Source: an uncultured Spirochaetota bacterium (GTDB taxonomy: Bacteria; Spirochaetota; Spirochaetia; SZUA-6; CAVTHK01). Taken from it: a DNA stretch of 64,000 nt. The first letter of the stretch is position 1. The number at the start of each line of letters is the position of its first letter. The notes beneath the pieces were generated by a model, which was not told where the DNA came from, ran no database searches, and was given only the letters and a program-made list of their open reading frames with translations. Of the stretch, positions 22,227-33,372 are shown one piece after another. The DNA lies in the NCBI GenBank assembly GCA_963734495.1, contig CAVTHK010000015.1:32001-96000 (forward strand), given 5' to 3'. The translations under genes and the position numbers were made by a program.

Positions 22227-22874
22227 AAGCTCCGCGACCCGGCGGGCCTCGCGCACGACCTCCGCGTCTCTCGACGCGCGGCCTATCGCGATCACCGGCT
22301 GCGCAAGCTCCTGCCCCCCGACCGCTTCCGCTGCCGCGAGCGCCGCGAAGATCTCCCGCCGGGGCGCGCCGCTCGCGCGGCCGCCGCTGCCGGCGAGGGT
22401 TTCGGCCAGCGTCGCGAGCTCCGCGGCGAGCATGGGCCTGGCGCGGCGCGCCCCGGCTTGCGGCGCGAGCCGCAGCACGGCGACCCGCGCGTGCCCGTCG
22501 TCGAGCGCAGGCAGCGCGGCGAGCAGGCGCGAAAGCGCCGCCGGGTTCGTCCGCGCCCACCTCGCCGCGGCATCTGCGCCGGCCGTCACCCGCATGAGGT
22601 AGGCTCCGACAAGATGAGCGCCCCGCGGCGACACACCCTGCGGCGACACGCCCCGCGGCGAATGTTGATAAAGGAGCGCCGCAATGATATCCTCGACGTA
22701 CCCGTCCCGGCGCTCCGCGAGGGCGCGGATCGCGGCTTCTGCGGTGTCGAGGTCGTAGTCCAGGAGCAGGGAGAGAACGACGGGATTCTCGTACCGCGAG
22801 CCGGTTCGTATCCAGTCGTAGCTCTGGCCGAAAGCGGCGGCGGCGCACAGTAGCAGCACGGCACAGGCGCGCAA
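22032..22874 (-). CDS. Exported Ala-rich helical-repeat hypothetical protein; true 3' end probably near 22200
   Basis: Signal-like start, non-random N-terminal text ([16 protein letters not shown]); as called it overlaps the convergent gene by 195 nt. Confidence 0.55.
   Translation of the reverse strand: MRACAVLLLCAAAAFGQSYDWIRTGSRYENPVVLSLLLDYDLDTAEAAIRALAERRDGYVEDIIAALLYQHSPRGVSPQGVSPRGAHLVGAYLMRVTAGADAAARWARTNPAALSRLLAALPALDDGHARVAVLRLAPQAGARRARPMLAAELATLAETLAGSGGRASGAPRREIFAALAAAEAVGGQELAQPVIAIGRASRDAEVVREARRVAELLLRDDLPQRSDLQAEGTPLADQQPADDLQVVSGGDVRGKGERRGHDAEKLGAPLVAHEKVEPRP
22619..22663. repeat. 15-bp tandem repeat x3 ([15 protein letters not shown] on minus strand)
   Basis: cgccccgcggcgaca / caccctgcggcgaca / cgccccgcggcgaat. 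Confidence 0.85.
22665..22693 (+). promoter_or_regulatory. Candidate recA promoter, antisense within the divergent gene
   Basis: TTGATA-N17-TATCCT with extended -10 TG. Confidence 0.5.
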
Positions 22875-22986
22875 CGGGCAAGCCTTCCTTCTTTCCCAGT
22901 ATCGGCACGGCCGGCGTGCCGCCGCGAGGGCGGGGAGAAAAGCACGAGGGACCCCGGGCCCGTATCTTGACGTGAGGGAGAAGCGA

Positions 22987-24231
22987 ATGGCGAAAGAAGC
23001 TCAGGCACCTCGCGAGGACAGGCTCAAGGCGCTGGAGTCGGCGAGGCTCCAGATCGAGCGCCAGTTCGGCAAGGGCGCCCTGATGCAGCTCGGCGAGAAC
23101 GCCGCCGACATGGAGATCGACATCATCCCTTCGGGCTCCGTGCTCCTCGATGCCGCGCTCGGCGTCGGGGGATACCCGCGCGGCCGCATCATCGAGATCT
23201 ACGGCCCGGAGTCGTCGGGCAAGACCACCCTGGCGCTGCAGGCCATCGGAGAGTCGCAGAAGCAGGGCGGCATCGCCGCGTTCGTGGACGCGGAGCACGC
23301 CCTCGACCCGATCTACGCGTCGCACATCGGCGTGAACATCGACGATCTCTGGGTATCCCAGCCCGACACGGGCGAGCAGGCCCTGGAGATCGTCGAGGCC
23401 CTGGTCCGCTCAGGGGCGGTGGACATCGTCGTCGTGGACTCGGTGGCCGCGCTTACCCCGCGCGCCGAGATCGAGGGCGAGATGGGCGACGCCCACATGG
23501 GGCTGCAGGCGCGCCTCATGAGCCAGGCGCTGCGCAAGCTCACGGCCACGGTCTCCAAGTCCAACACCTGCCTCGTCTTTATCAACCAGATCCGCATGAA
23601 GATCGGCGTGATGTTCGGCAACCCGGAGACCACCACCGGGGGCCGCGCTCTCAAATTCTACGCCTCGGTGCGCCTCGAGGTGCGGCGCATCGAGACCATC
23701 GAGAAGAGCTCCGACGAGGCGGTCGGGAACAGGGTGCGCATCAAGGTCGTCAAGAACAAGGTGGCGCCGCCCTTCCGCCAGGTCGAGGTGGACATGATGT
23801 TCGGCGAAGGACTGTCGACCAGCGGCAGCCTCCTCGACGCCGCCGTGCAGAACAACATCATCGAGAAGAGCGGCTCGTGGTACTCCTACGGCAAGGAGCG
23901 CATCGGACAGGGCCGCGACGCCGCCAAGAAGTTCCTCCAGGAGCACCAGGACCTCGCGCAGAAAATGGACGCGGAAGTGCGCAAGATCCTGCTGCCCGAG
24001 CGCAAGCGGAAGGCCGCGCCCGAGGCGGCCGTCCCCGCCGGCGCGCCCGAGGCGGCGGCGGTCGCCGAGCCGTCGGCAGAGCCCGCAGCGCCGCCTGCCG
24101 CCGCGCATCCGGCCCGTCGCGCGGCGCCGGCAAAGGCCGCGGCCAAGGAGCCCAGGGACTCCCGGGAGACCAAGGACCCCAAGGAGGCCAGGGAGGGCAA
24201 GGAGTCCACGGAGGCCAAGGAGCTGTTCTGA
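22987..24231 (+). CDS. recA: Recombinase RecA with long low-complexity C-terminal tail
   Basis: [60 protein letters not shown]; intact. Confidence 0.99.
   Translation: MAKEAQAPREDRLKALESARLQIERQFGKGALMQLGENAADMEIDIIPSGSVLLDAALGVGGYPRGRIIEIYGPESSGKTTLALQAIGESQKQGGIAAFVDAEHALDPIYASHIGVNIDDLWVSQPDTGEQALEIVEALVRSGAVDIVVVDSVAALTPRAEIEGEMGDAHMGLQARLMSQALRKLTATVSKSNTCLVFINQIRMKIGVMFGNPETTTGGRALKFYASVRLEVRRIETIEKSSDEAVGNRVRIKVVKNKVAPPFRQVEVDMMFGEGLSTSGSLLDAAVQNNIIEKSGSWYSYGKERIGQGRDAAKKFLQEHQDLAQKMDAEVRKILLPERKRKAAPEAAVPAGAPEAAAVAEPSAEPAAPPAAAHPARRAAPAKAAAKEPRDSRETKDPKEAREGKESTEAKELF
24142..24222 (+). repeat. 9-bp imperfect tandem repeat x9 in the recA tail
   Basis: gccaaggag cccagggac tcccgggag accaaggac cccaaggag gccagggag ggcaaggag tccacggag gccaaggag. 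Confidence 0.85.
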
Positions 24232-24728
24232 GCGCTTTCGAGGTCTACCTCGGCCTGGGATCGAACCTCGGGGACCGCGAGCTGAACCTCAAGCGGGCCC
24301 TGGACCGCGTGTCTGAGCTCCTGGGCGGCCTGCGCGCAGCGCCTGCCTATGAAACGGAGCCACTCGAGGGCGCCGGACCGGGGCTGTTCCTGAACACGGT
24401 CGCCTCGGGCTGGACGGCCGTCGATGCCGCGGCGCTGCTCGAGAGGCTCAACGCGATCGAGCTCGACCTGGGCAGGCGCCGGGAGCCCGGCGGCGGCAAG
24501 CGGCCGCGGACGATCGACATCGACGTGCTGCTGTTCGCGGACCGGGTCGACGACGACCCCCGCCTGACCCTGCCGCACCCGAGGATGCACGAGCGGGCGT
24601 TCGTCCTGGTGCCGCTGCTCGACCTCGCGCCGACGCTGGCCGATCCGCGCAGCGGGCGGCCGTACCGCTCGTGGCTGGCCGCGTGCGCGGGACCGCGCAT
24701 CGCGGCCGGCAGTGGAAGGAGTCTTTGA
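24228..24728 (+). CDS. folK: 2-amino-4-hydroxy-6-hydroxymethyldihydropteridine pyrophosphokinase
   Basis: [47 protein letters not shown]; start codon unclear (CTG overlapping recA stop). Confidence 0.93.
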   Translation: MSAFEVYLGLGSNLGDRELNLKRALDRVSELLGGLRAAPAYETEPLEGAGPGLFLNTVASGWTAVDAAALLERLNAIELDLGRRREPGGGKRPRTIDIDVLLFADRVDDDPRLTLPHPRMHERAFVLVPLLDLAPTLADPRSGRPYRSWLAACAGPRIAAGSGRSL

Positions 24729-25489
24729 TGTCGGACAATACGGCCGGGGGCACGCCGAGCGCCGCGACGCAGCGCTTCAGTCTCGGCGAGTTCGAAGGGC
24801 CGCTGGACCTGCTCCTGTTCCTGATCCGCAAGAACGAGGTCAACATCTACGACATCCCGATCGCCGAGATCACCGAGCAGTACCTGGCGTACCTGCAGTA
24901 TGCGACCCGCGTCGACCTGGACAACATCACGGAGTTCTACCTGATGGCGGCGACGCTGCTCTACATCAAGTCGCGGATGCTGCTGCCGGTCGAGCTCGAG
25001 CTCGACGACGAGCTCGAGGACCCGCGCAAGGTGCTGGTGGAGCAGCTCGTCGAGTACCAGAGGTACAAGAAGCTCAGCGACCTGATCGCCCAGGCGCAGG
25101 ACGAGAGCGAGTACACGATCGAGCGGCGCCGCGATCAGATCGGCCTGCCGTTCCAGGACGACGACCTCTGGGAGGACGTCGCGGTCTGGGACCTGCTCAA
25201 GGTGTTCTCGCGATTGATCTCCTCGATCTCGGACGAGAGGGTCTTCGACCTCTACGAACAGGTCACGGTCAACGAGAAGATCACGCTCATCAACGAAATC
25301 CTCGGCGAGCGGTCGGAGTTCACGTTTGCGGAGCTGATCGCGAGGGGGCGGCGCACGGTGCTCGAGATCGTCTGCAGCCTCCTCGCGCTGCTGGAGCTGA
25401 TCAAGAGCCGGGTGCTCGTCGTGCAGCAGAACCGCCTGTTCGGCGACATCCGCATCATCAAGAGGGAAAACGGCAGTGGACTTCAGTAG
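24728..25489 (+). CDS. scpA: Segregation and condensation protein A
   Basis: FEGPLDLLLFLIRKNEVNIYDIPI, ATLLYIKSRMLLP, LALLEL. Confidence 0.96.
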   Translation: MSDNTAGGTPSAATQRFSLGEFEGPLDLLLFLIRKNEVNIYDIPIAEITEQYLAYLQYATRVDLDNITEFYLMAATLLYIKSRMLLPVELELDDELEDPRKVLVEQLVEYQRYKKLSDLIAQAQDESEYTIERRRDQIGLPFQDDDLWEDVAVWDLLKVFSRLISSISDERVFDLYEQVTVNEKITLINEILGERSEFTFAELIARGRRTVLEIVCSLLALLELIKSRVLVVQQNRLFGDIRIIKRENGSGLQ

Positions 25490-26015
25490 GGAGGCCGCCA
25501 TCGTCGAAGCGGTGCTGTTCCTCGAGGGCGAGCCCATGGAGCTCGCCCAGATCGTGCGAGCGACCGGGCTGGGTCGCGAGGCGGTCGCCGAGGCGCTCTC
25601 GCTCCTCAGGCAGGAGTACCAGGGCGACCACCACGGCCTGGAGGTCGTCGAGATCGGCGGCGGATTCGGGTTCGCGCCGAAAAAGGCGTACTGGGAATCG
25701 CTGCGCGAGCGCTACGGCCGCAAGAACGACAAGCGGCTGTCGCGGGCGGCCCTGGAGACCCTGGCGATCATCGCCTACACGCAGCCCGTCACGAAGGCCG
25801 AGGTCGAGAGCATCCGGGGCGTCACCGCCGACGGCATGATCAAGCTGCTCATCGAGCGCAGCCTCATCGAGACGGCGGGCAAGAAGGACGCGCCCGGAAA
25901 GCCCGTCCAGTACCGGACGACCAGGGAGTTCCTGCGGGTCTTCCGCCTGGCGAGCATCGCCGACCTCCCCAAGATGGACGACCTCGACGAGGAGCGTTTC
26001 GCCGCCTATGAGTGA
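25476..26015 (+). CDS. scpB: Segregation and condensation protein B
   Basis: EAVLF, LSRAALETLAIIAYTQPVT, GKPVQYRTTREFL, DLP. Confidence 0.96.
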   Translation: MDFSREAAIVEAVLFLEGEPMELAQIVRATGLGREAVAEALSLLRQEYQGDHHGLEVVEIGGGFGFAPKKAYWESLRERYGRKNDKRLSRAALETLAIIAYTQPVTKAEVESIRGVTADGMIKLLIERSLIETAGKKDAPGKPVQYRTTREFLRVFRLASIADLPKMDDLDEERFAAYE

Positions 26016-26760
26016 GCCGCGGGAGGAGGAGGCGAGGGGCGTTCGGCTGCAGGTCTACATGGCGCGCTGCGGCGTCGGCTCGCGCCGCCGCTGCGAGGAG
26101 ATCATCGCCGCCGGGGCCGTCGCGGTGAACGGGACGAGAGTCACCACGCAGGGCACGCGCGTGGCGCCCGGGCGACGTCGTCACGTGGAACGGCCGCAAG
26201 CTGTCGCCCGTCGCGCCGCATGCTGTACATCGCGCTCAACAAGCCCCGGCAGTACCTGTGCGCCAATCACGACGACGCAGGGGAGGCCCCTGGCGATCGA
26301 CCTCCTCAAGGGCGCGGTGACGACGCGGCTGTTCCACGTCGGCCGCCTCGACTTCCTCTCGACGGGGCTCATCCTGTACACCAACGACGGCGAGTTCGCG
26401 AGGATCGCGGCCCACCCGTCGTCGCGGGTGCCCAAGGAGTACATGGTCGATACGGTCCAGGCCTCTGACCGACGAGCAGCTCGAGCGCTACCGCCGCGGC
26501 GTCCGCGGCGAAAAGGGGCAGTACCGGCTGGTGAGCTGGAAGCGCCTCGACCCGCGGCGCGTGGTCCTCGTCCTCGAGGAGGGGCGCAACCGCGAGATCC
26601 GCGAGGTGCTGCGGCATCTTCGGCGTGCAGGCGCGCCACGTGCACCGCATCCGCATCGGGCCGGTGAGCGTCAAGGGCCTGGCCGCCGGGCAGTTCCGGC
26701 ACCTGAGGCCGCGCGAGGTCGCCTGGTTCCTGCGGCCTCGGCTCCGACAGGAGCTGAAGA
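26008..26760 (+). CDS. rluB: Pseudouridine synthase (RluB/RsuA family), frameshifted; end approximate
   Basis: S4 domain RLQVYMARCGVGSRR, NKP, VGRLDFLSTGL, EGRNREIR, HRIRIG. Confidence 0.88.
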
Positions 26761-26878
26761 GGCGGCCGCTCGCCGGCGCTCCGCCGTCTCCGCGATTTCG
26801 CCGACCCGGGGAGCTTGACCATCGCGGCGCTTTGTGGGACACTTGTTTAAAGGCTTACACGGGAGTAATTGGCGGGAT

Positions 26879-28586
26879 ATGTCGGACGAGAACGCGAACG
26901 CACTTGACCAGATGGCGGAGGGTCAACTCGAGGAGCAGTATTTCAAGTCCCTCCAGGGCCTCGAAGAAGGCCAGATGATCGCGGGAACCGTTGTCCAGAT
27001 CAGCGCGGACAACGTGTTCGTCGACATCGGCTACAAGTCCGAGGGCAAGATCCCGATCGGCGAGTTCCAGACGCTGCCCAAGATCGGCGAGCAGGTCCAG
27101 GTGGTCCTGGTCCGCAAGGAGAGCCGGGACGGCTCGATCGCCGTGTCGAAGGCCAAGGCCGACGAGAAGATCTTCTGGCGCAACCTCCGCAAGGCCCACG
27201 CCGAAAAACTGCCGATCGACGGCAAGATCGTCGCAGCAGGTCAAGGGCGGTTACAGCGTCGATATGGGAAGCGGTGTCACCGGATTCCTCCCGCTTTCCA
27301 AGACCGACGTCTACCGCGTCAACAACGTCGAGGAGTACGTCGGCGTCGAGAGCAAGTTCGCCATCGAGCGACTCTTCTCCAACGGCAAGGTGAACATCGT
27401 CCTCTCGCGCCGCGCGTGGCTCGAGGAAGAGTACAAGCGCAAGCGCGAGGAGTTCTTCGCCAAGACGCAGATCGGCGACGAGGTCGAAGGGCGGGTCAAG
27501 AGCTTCACGTCCTTCGGCGCCTTCATCGACCTCGGCGGTTTCGACGGGCTTCTGCACATCAACGACATGAGCTGGGGCCACGTCAACACGCCCAAGGAAA
27601 AGGTGACCCTGGGCGACAAGATACGGCTCAAGGTCATCAATCTCGACCCCGAGAACCAGAGGATCAACCTCAGCCTCAAGCACTTCACGGAAGACCCGTG
27701 GAACCGCTTCGAGGAGAAGTTCCAGAGCGGCGACGTCGTCCACGGCACCGTCACCAAGCTCACCGACTTCGGCGCCTTTATCGAGCTCGAGGAAGGCATC
27801 GAAGGTCTCGCTCACATCTCGGAGTTCTCGTGGGTCAGGCGGGTCCGCCACCCGAGAGAGGTGCTGCACGTCGGCGACAGCGTCGACGTCAAGATCCTCG
27901 ATTACGACGTGACGCAGGGCAAGGTCTCGCTCGGCCTCAAGCAGGTGCACGCCAACCCCTGGAGCGACATCGACGCCCGTTTCCCCGTCGGCATGCGGAT
28001 CCGGCGCAAGGTCAAGAACCTCGCCGCCTTCGGCGCGTTCTTCGAGGTCGAGGAGGGGATCGACGGCCTGCTGCACCTCGACGACTTCTCCTGGACCAAG
28101 CACCACAAGCACCCCTCGGAGGTCCTCAAGGAGGGCGACGAGGTCGAGGTCATGGTCATCGGCATCGACAAGGAGTCGCAGCGGATCAGGCTGGGGCTCA
28201 AGCAGCTCGACGAGGACCCGTGGCGCAGCCTGCAGAAGGCGTTCCCGCGCGGGCAGCGTCATCGAGGGCGTGGTCACGCGGACGGCGGACTTCGGCGTGT
28301 TCGTCAAGGTGCAGGGCGACATCGAGGGGCTGATCGCCAACAAGAGCCTCTACGACGCGCGCAACGAGACGCTCGAGGAGGTCCTGGCCTCCCTCAAGGA
28401 AGGGCGAACCGATCAAGGTCCGTCGTCATCGAGGTCAACCCGTCGCGTCAGAAGCTCGGCCTGTCCCGCGTGGACTTCATCAGGCGGGTCCACGACGAGG
28501 AGATGTCGAAGTACCTGCAGTCCGAGGGTGCGAGCGACAAGGTGACGCTGGGAGATCTGCTCAAGGACAAGCTGTCAGACTCCTAA
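26879..28586 (+). CDS. rpsA: 30S ribosomal protein S1, frameshifted
   Basis: VDIGYKSEG and repeated S1 motifs FGAFIDLGG.DGLLH, DFGAFIELEEGIEGLAH, DFGVFV; tail TLGDLL. Confidence 0.97.
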
Positions 28587-28598
28587 GAAGTCGCCCCT

Positions 28599-30115
28599 AT
28601 GCTCAGCGGCAGCGTCGATCGCGAGAGGCTCGAAACCCTAATCGAGATCAACACGCTCATCAACTCGAACTACACGGACCTGACCGTGCTGCTGACCCGC
28701 ATCATCGAGAGCGCGACCAGGCTGACGATGGGCGAAGCCTCGTCGCTGCTCCTCCTGAACCCCGCGAACAACCGGCTCTACTTCGAGATCGCGCTGGGCA
28801 CCAAGGCCGCCGACGTCAAGCGCTTCTCGCTCGACATGGGCGAGGGGATCGCGGGCTGGGTGGCGGCCGAACAACACCTCGGTGGTCGTCAACGACGTGG
28901 AGCAGGACGACCGGTTCGACGACGAGATCGCCAGGACCGTCGGGATTCCCGACGACTTCGATCCTGTGCGTGCCGATGCAGCTCAAGGGACGCTGCGTCG
29001 GCGTGATCGAGATCATCAACAAGGCCGGGGGGCTCAAGTTCACCGAAGACGACCTGCAGTGGCTGGAGGTGTTCGCCACGCAGGCGGCCATCGCGATCCA
29101 GAACGCCCAGGCCTACCAGCAGGTCCAGGAGGAGATCCTTCTCCTCAACGAGCAGATCCAGGCGGACAAGGGCTTTCACACCCTCGTGGCGGTGAGCCCG
29201 GCGATCAAGGAGAAGCTGGCGATCGTCGGAGAGGGCCGCCGCGACCGACTCGACGGTGCTGCTCCTCGGCGAGAGCGGGGTGGGCAAGGAGCTGTTCGCC
29301 GAGCAGATCCACCTCAAGAGCCGCAGGCGGGACGCCGCCGTTCGTGCGCGTCAATTGCGCGGCGCTCCCGGAGCCGCTGCTGGAAAGCGAGCTCTTCGGG
29401 CACGTCAAGGGCGCGTTCACCGACGCGACGCGCGACCGCCGGGGCCGCTTCGAGCTGGCCGACGGGGGGACGCTGTTCCTCGACGAGATCGGCGAGCTGC
29501 CCCTGGGCGTACAGGCCAAGCTGCTGCGAGTGCTGCAGCAGAAGACCTTCGAGAAGGTGGGATCCAGCAACCCGACCACCGTGGACGTGAGGCTCATCGC
29601 GGCGACGAACAAGGACATCGAGCGCAGCGTGGCCGAGAAGAGCTTCCGCGCGGACCTCTACTACCGGCTGAACGTCCTGCCCATCGCCATACCGCCGCTG
29701 CGCGAGCGCAGGGAGGACATCCCGGAGCTGGCGCGGTTCTTCCTCACGAAGTTCCGGCACGACACGAAGAAGCAGATCCGCGGCTTCTCGGACGAGGCCA
29801 TGGAAGCGCTGCTCGCGCTGTCACTGGCCGGGGAACGTGCGCGAGCTCGAGAACGCGGTCGAGCGGGCCGTGGTGACGTGCGCCGGCGACCTCATCGGGC
29901 CGGACGACCTCGTCCTCAACGCGGGCGCCAGGTCCGCGCAGGACGCCTACCTGAACAAGCCGCTGAAGGGCGCCGTCAACCTCTTCAAGAAGCACTACAT
30001 CGCGGGCGTCCTGCAGGAGCACGACTGGAACCAGACCAGGGCCGCGCGCGCTCTCGGAGTCCAGAGGACCTATCTCTCCAGGCTCATCAAGGAGCTGGAG
30101 ATCAGCAGAACATGA
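28599..30115 (+). CDS. GAF-AAA+-HTH sigma54-type enhancer-binding protein, frameshifted
   Basis: GAF (GEGIAGWVA), [56 protein letters not shown]. Confidence 0.92.
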
Positions 30116-30202
30116 CGGGCGCGGCCGGCCGGGCGCGCCGCGGCGCAGGGGGCCAGCGATGCCCCGGCGCGGAGGTCTCGCGCCGGCGCCGTCGAGGAGC
30201 AG

Positions 30203-30895
30203 GTGATGCGTGAAGAAGGTGAAGCTCAACAGCGTCTCGCGACCAGGATCGCCGGGATCGTGGAGGCCCTCAGGGTGCCCCTGATGGTCGTCCTGGCAGT
30301 CGTCGTCGTCGGTGTCGTCGCGTACTTCGTGTACGCACAGGCCGCGGCAGGCGCGCGCGAGCGCGCGGCCATGCTCCTCGAGCAGGCGGACAACCAGTTC
30401 TCGCAGTGGCGCGGCGAGCAGGATGCGCAGAAGAAGGACAAGCTCGAGGCGGATCTGCGCAAGAACCTCGAGACCCTGCGCAAGAGCGGCGGTTACTCGG
30501 CGCAGAGGGGCCTCTACATCCTCGGCCAGCTCGAGGCGGAAAAGGGGAACAAGCAGGCGGCCTTCGAGGCCTACAACGCCCTCGCCGCGAGCGAGGACCG
30601 CAGTTATCTGGGCATGGAAGGGCTGATCAACGCCGCGGTCTTCGCCGAGGACCTGGGCCAGACCGACAAGGCGCTCGAGCTCTACCGCAGGATCATCGAC
30701 AAGCATCCCAACACCCCGCACGCGGCGCACGCGTATTTCGCCGTGGGGCGGATGCTCGAAATCAAGGGCGATTTCAAGAGCGCGGCGGCGACGTACACCG
30801 AGATGCGGACGAAGTACCCCTCGAGCAGTTGGACGAACCTCGCCGTGGACCGTATAATAGCGCTCCAGGCAGGCGGCAAGGTCGGCAAGCAATAG
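30203..30895 (+). CDS. Membrane-anchored TPR protein (YfgM-like)
   Basis: N-terminal TM then TPR helices; intact 230-aa ORF. Confidence 0.8.
   Translation: MMREEGEAQQRLATRIAGIVEALRVPLMVVLAVVVVGVVAYFVYAQAAAGARERAAMLLEQADNQFSQWRGEQDAQKKDKLEADLRKNLETLRKSGGYSAQRGLYILGQLEAEKGNKQAAFEAYNALAASEDRSYLGMEGLINAAVFAEDLGQTDKALELYRRIIDKHPNTPHAAHAYFAVGRMLEIKGDFKSAAATYTEMRTKYPSSSWTNLAVDRIIALQAGGKVGKQ
30829..30858 (+). promoter_or_regulatory. Candidate promoter for the cyclase, inside the 3' end of the TPR gene
   Basis: TTGGAC-N18-TATAAT, about 70 nt upstream of the cyclase ATG. Confidence 0.5.
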
Positions 30896-30929
30896 GCTGC
30901 CGGCTCGAGCCGGATCGCGGGAGGCATCC

Positions 30930-33346
30930 ATGGCCGGCAGGCGCTCACGAATCCTCGAAGCCCGCTACCTTCGGCCTGGTCATCGGCGCCGTCGTCTTTG
31001 CCCTCATGTATCTCCTCACCTTCGGGACGGCCGTGATCCGCAACGTCGAGGAGAACGTGTTCCTCGACGTGTGGTTCAACTGGAAGCTCACGTTTCGCGG
31101 CCAGACCGTCCAGGAGGGGGTGACTCTCAAGACGCGGAACCCCTACATCTCCCCCGACATCCTGATCGTGGGCATCGACAACCGCAGCCTGCAGCGCTAC
31201 GGCAAGTGGCCCTTTCCGCGCTCAGTCCACGCGGGGCTGATCAACAGCTTTACCCGCATCCAGCAGCAGGGCGAGCGCGAGCGCTCGTTGTTCCTGGACA
31301 TCAACTTCATCGAGCCGGACGTCGAGGCGCCGGAGAACGACGCGCTGCTCGTCAAGAGCATCCGCGAAAACGGGCGGGTGTTCCTCGACACGTTCCTCCA
31401 GCCGGGCGAGGCCTCCGGCTCGTTTGGTCAGGATCAGATGGGGCGGCAGAAGACCCTGATGGAGCGCTACGGCGAGATCACCCGCATCACGGGCGACATC
31501 TCCAGGGTCGTCACCTTCCGCAGCGCCGAGGCGCCCGCTCAAGCCCTACGCCCGCGCCGCCCGGGGCTACGGGAACGCGAGCTATGTCGAAGACGTGGAC
31601 AACGTGTTCCGCAGGCAGCCGCTCATCGCGCGGCTGGCCGAGCCGATCGAGGACATCGACGTGGCGTCGCTCACCACCGGGACGACGGTCGACGCCGCCG
31701 CGTTCGAGCGGCTCGGCTGGTACGACAAGGATGGGATCTCCCACACCGTGGCGCTTCCGCTCACGGAGCAGACGCTCGACGAGCTGCGGAAGGAGATGGC
31801 CCGCCGCGCGCCTGGCCGCGGCGACGACACCAATGGCGACGGAAAGCCCGACACCTACCGCTATTTCGTGCGGCGCTATCGCGACCACTTCGTGCCGGCG
31901 ATCACCCTGTCGCTCACGCTGGAGTATGTGAACCGCAAGCCGTCCGACGTCGAGGTGGTGCTGGGCAAGCACATCCGCATCCCGCAGCCTCAGGAGTTCA
32001 ACCCGCAGACGCAGGCGTGGGAGCCCTTCAGGCTGCTCGTCAAGCCGGCGGTCACGCGGATGGAAAAGGACAAGGACGGCAAGCAGGTCGAAACGCAGGT
32101 GAGCGAGGCGCAATACCGGACGCTCGACGAGCTGCTGATCCCGATCGACGATCGCGGGACGATGCTCATCAACTTCATGGGCCCCCGTTCGAGCGCGGCC
32201 GCGGACGGGTACCAGACGTTCCCCGTGCGCCCGTACTCCGGCTACAACCGCGATCCCGGGATCGACCCGTCGGCCTGGCCCCGCACCAAGGCCGTCGCCA
32301 ACCGCGTGGTGATGGTCGGAGTCTTCGCTACGGGACTCGCCGAAGACGAGAAGCCGACGCCCTACGGCCTCATGTACGGCGTCGAGATCAACGCCAACGC
32401 CCTCAACACGATCCTGATGAACCGGTTCCTGACCCCGGCGCCGACCTGGGTGGAGGCGCTGGTCCTGCTGGCCGCGATCATGCTCGTGAGCTTCATGACG
32501 TCGCGTCTGTCCACCGTCTGGTCGCTGGTGATCACGCTCGTGCTCGTGTTCCTGTACTTCCTGGTGGTCGTGTACGTGTTCGATTTTGCGAGCTACATCC
32601 TGCTCTTCAGCGCGCCGGCGTCGGGGGCTCTGCTCGCGTTTCTTGCGATCGTCGCCTACAGAGTCATGACCGAAGAGCGCGAAAAGCGCATGATCCGCAA
32701 CACGTTCGGCAGGTACGTGAGCCCCGAAGTCGTGAACGAGATCCTGTCCAGCCCGCCCGAGCTCGGGGGCGTGGACAAGGAGCTGACGGTGCTGTTCTCG
32801 GACATCCGCGGCTTTACGTCGCTCTCCGAGCAGATGTCGCCGCAGGAGCTGGTAAACCATCTCAACGTGTATCTCACGGCCATGACCGACCTGATCTTCG
32901 AGTACAAAGGCACCCTCGACAAGTACGTCGGCGACGAGATCATGTGCTTCTGGGGCGCGCCGCTGCCGCAGGCGGACCACGCGCTTCTCGCGTGCCGCTG
33001 CGCGCTGCGCCAGATGCAGAAGCTCGCGGAGCTGAACGCGACCTGGGCGGCGGAGGGGCGCCCCGGGTTCTCCATCGGGATCGGGATGAACTCGGGCATC
33101 ATGACCGTGGGAAATATGGGGTCTCCGGGGCGGATGAACTACACGCTCATGGGGGACAACGTCAACCTCGGGGCGAGGCTCGAGGGCACGAACAAGCAGT
33201 ACCTCACGGGCATCATCATGAGCGAGTTCACCTACGGGCTCGTCCAGGACAAGGTCGTGGCCAGGGAGCTCGACGTGATCCGGGTCAAGGGCAAGAACAA
33301 GCCGGTCGCGATCTACGAGCTGGTGGACATGGTGGACGGGGTGTGA
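30930..33346 (+). CDS. CHASE2-domain class III adenylate cyclase, frameshifted
   Basis: ILIVGIDNRSLQRYGKWPFPRSVHA, MYGVEINANALNT, 3 TM, FGRYVSPEVV, FSDIRGFT, DKYVGD, YTLMGDNVNLGARLEG, VKGK. Confidence 0.93.
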
Positions 33347-33372
33347 AGCTGCGCCGGGCGTTCACGCGGGGG

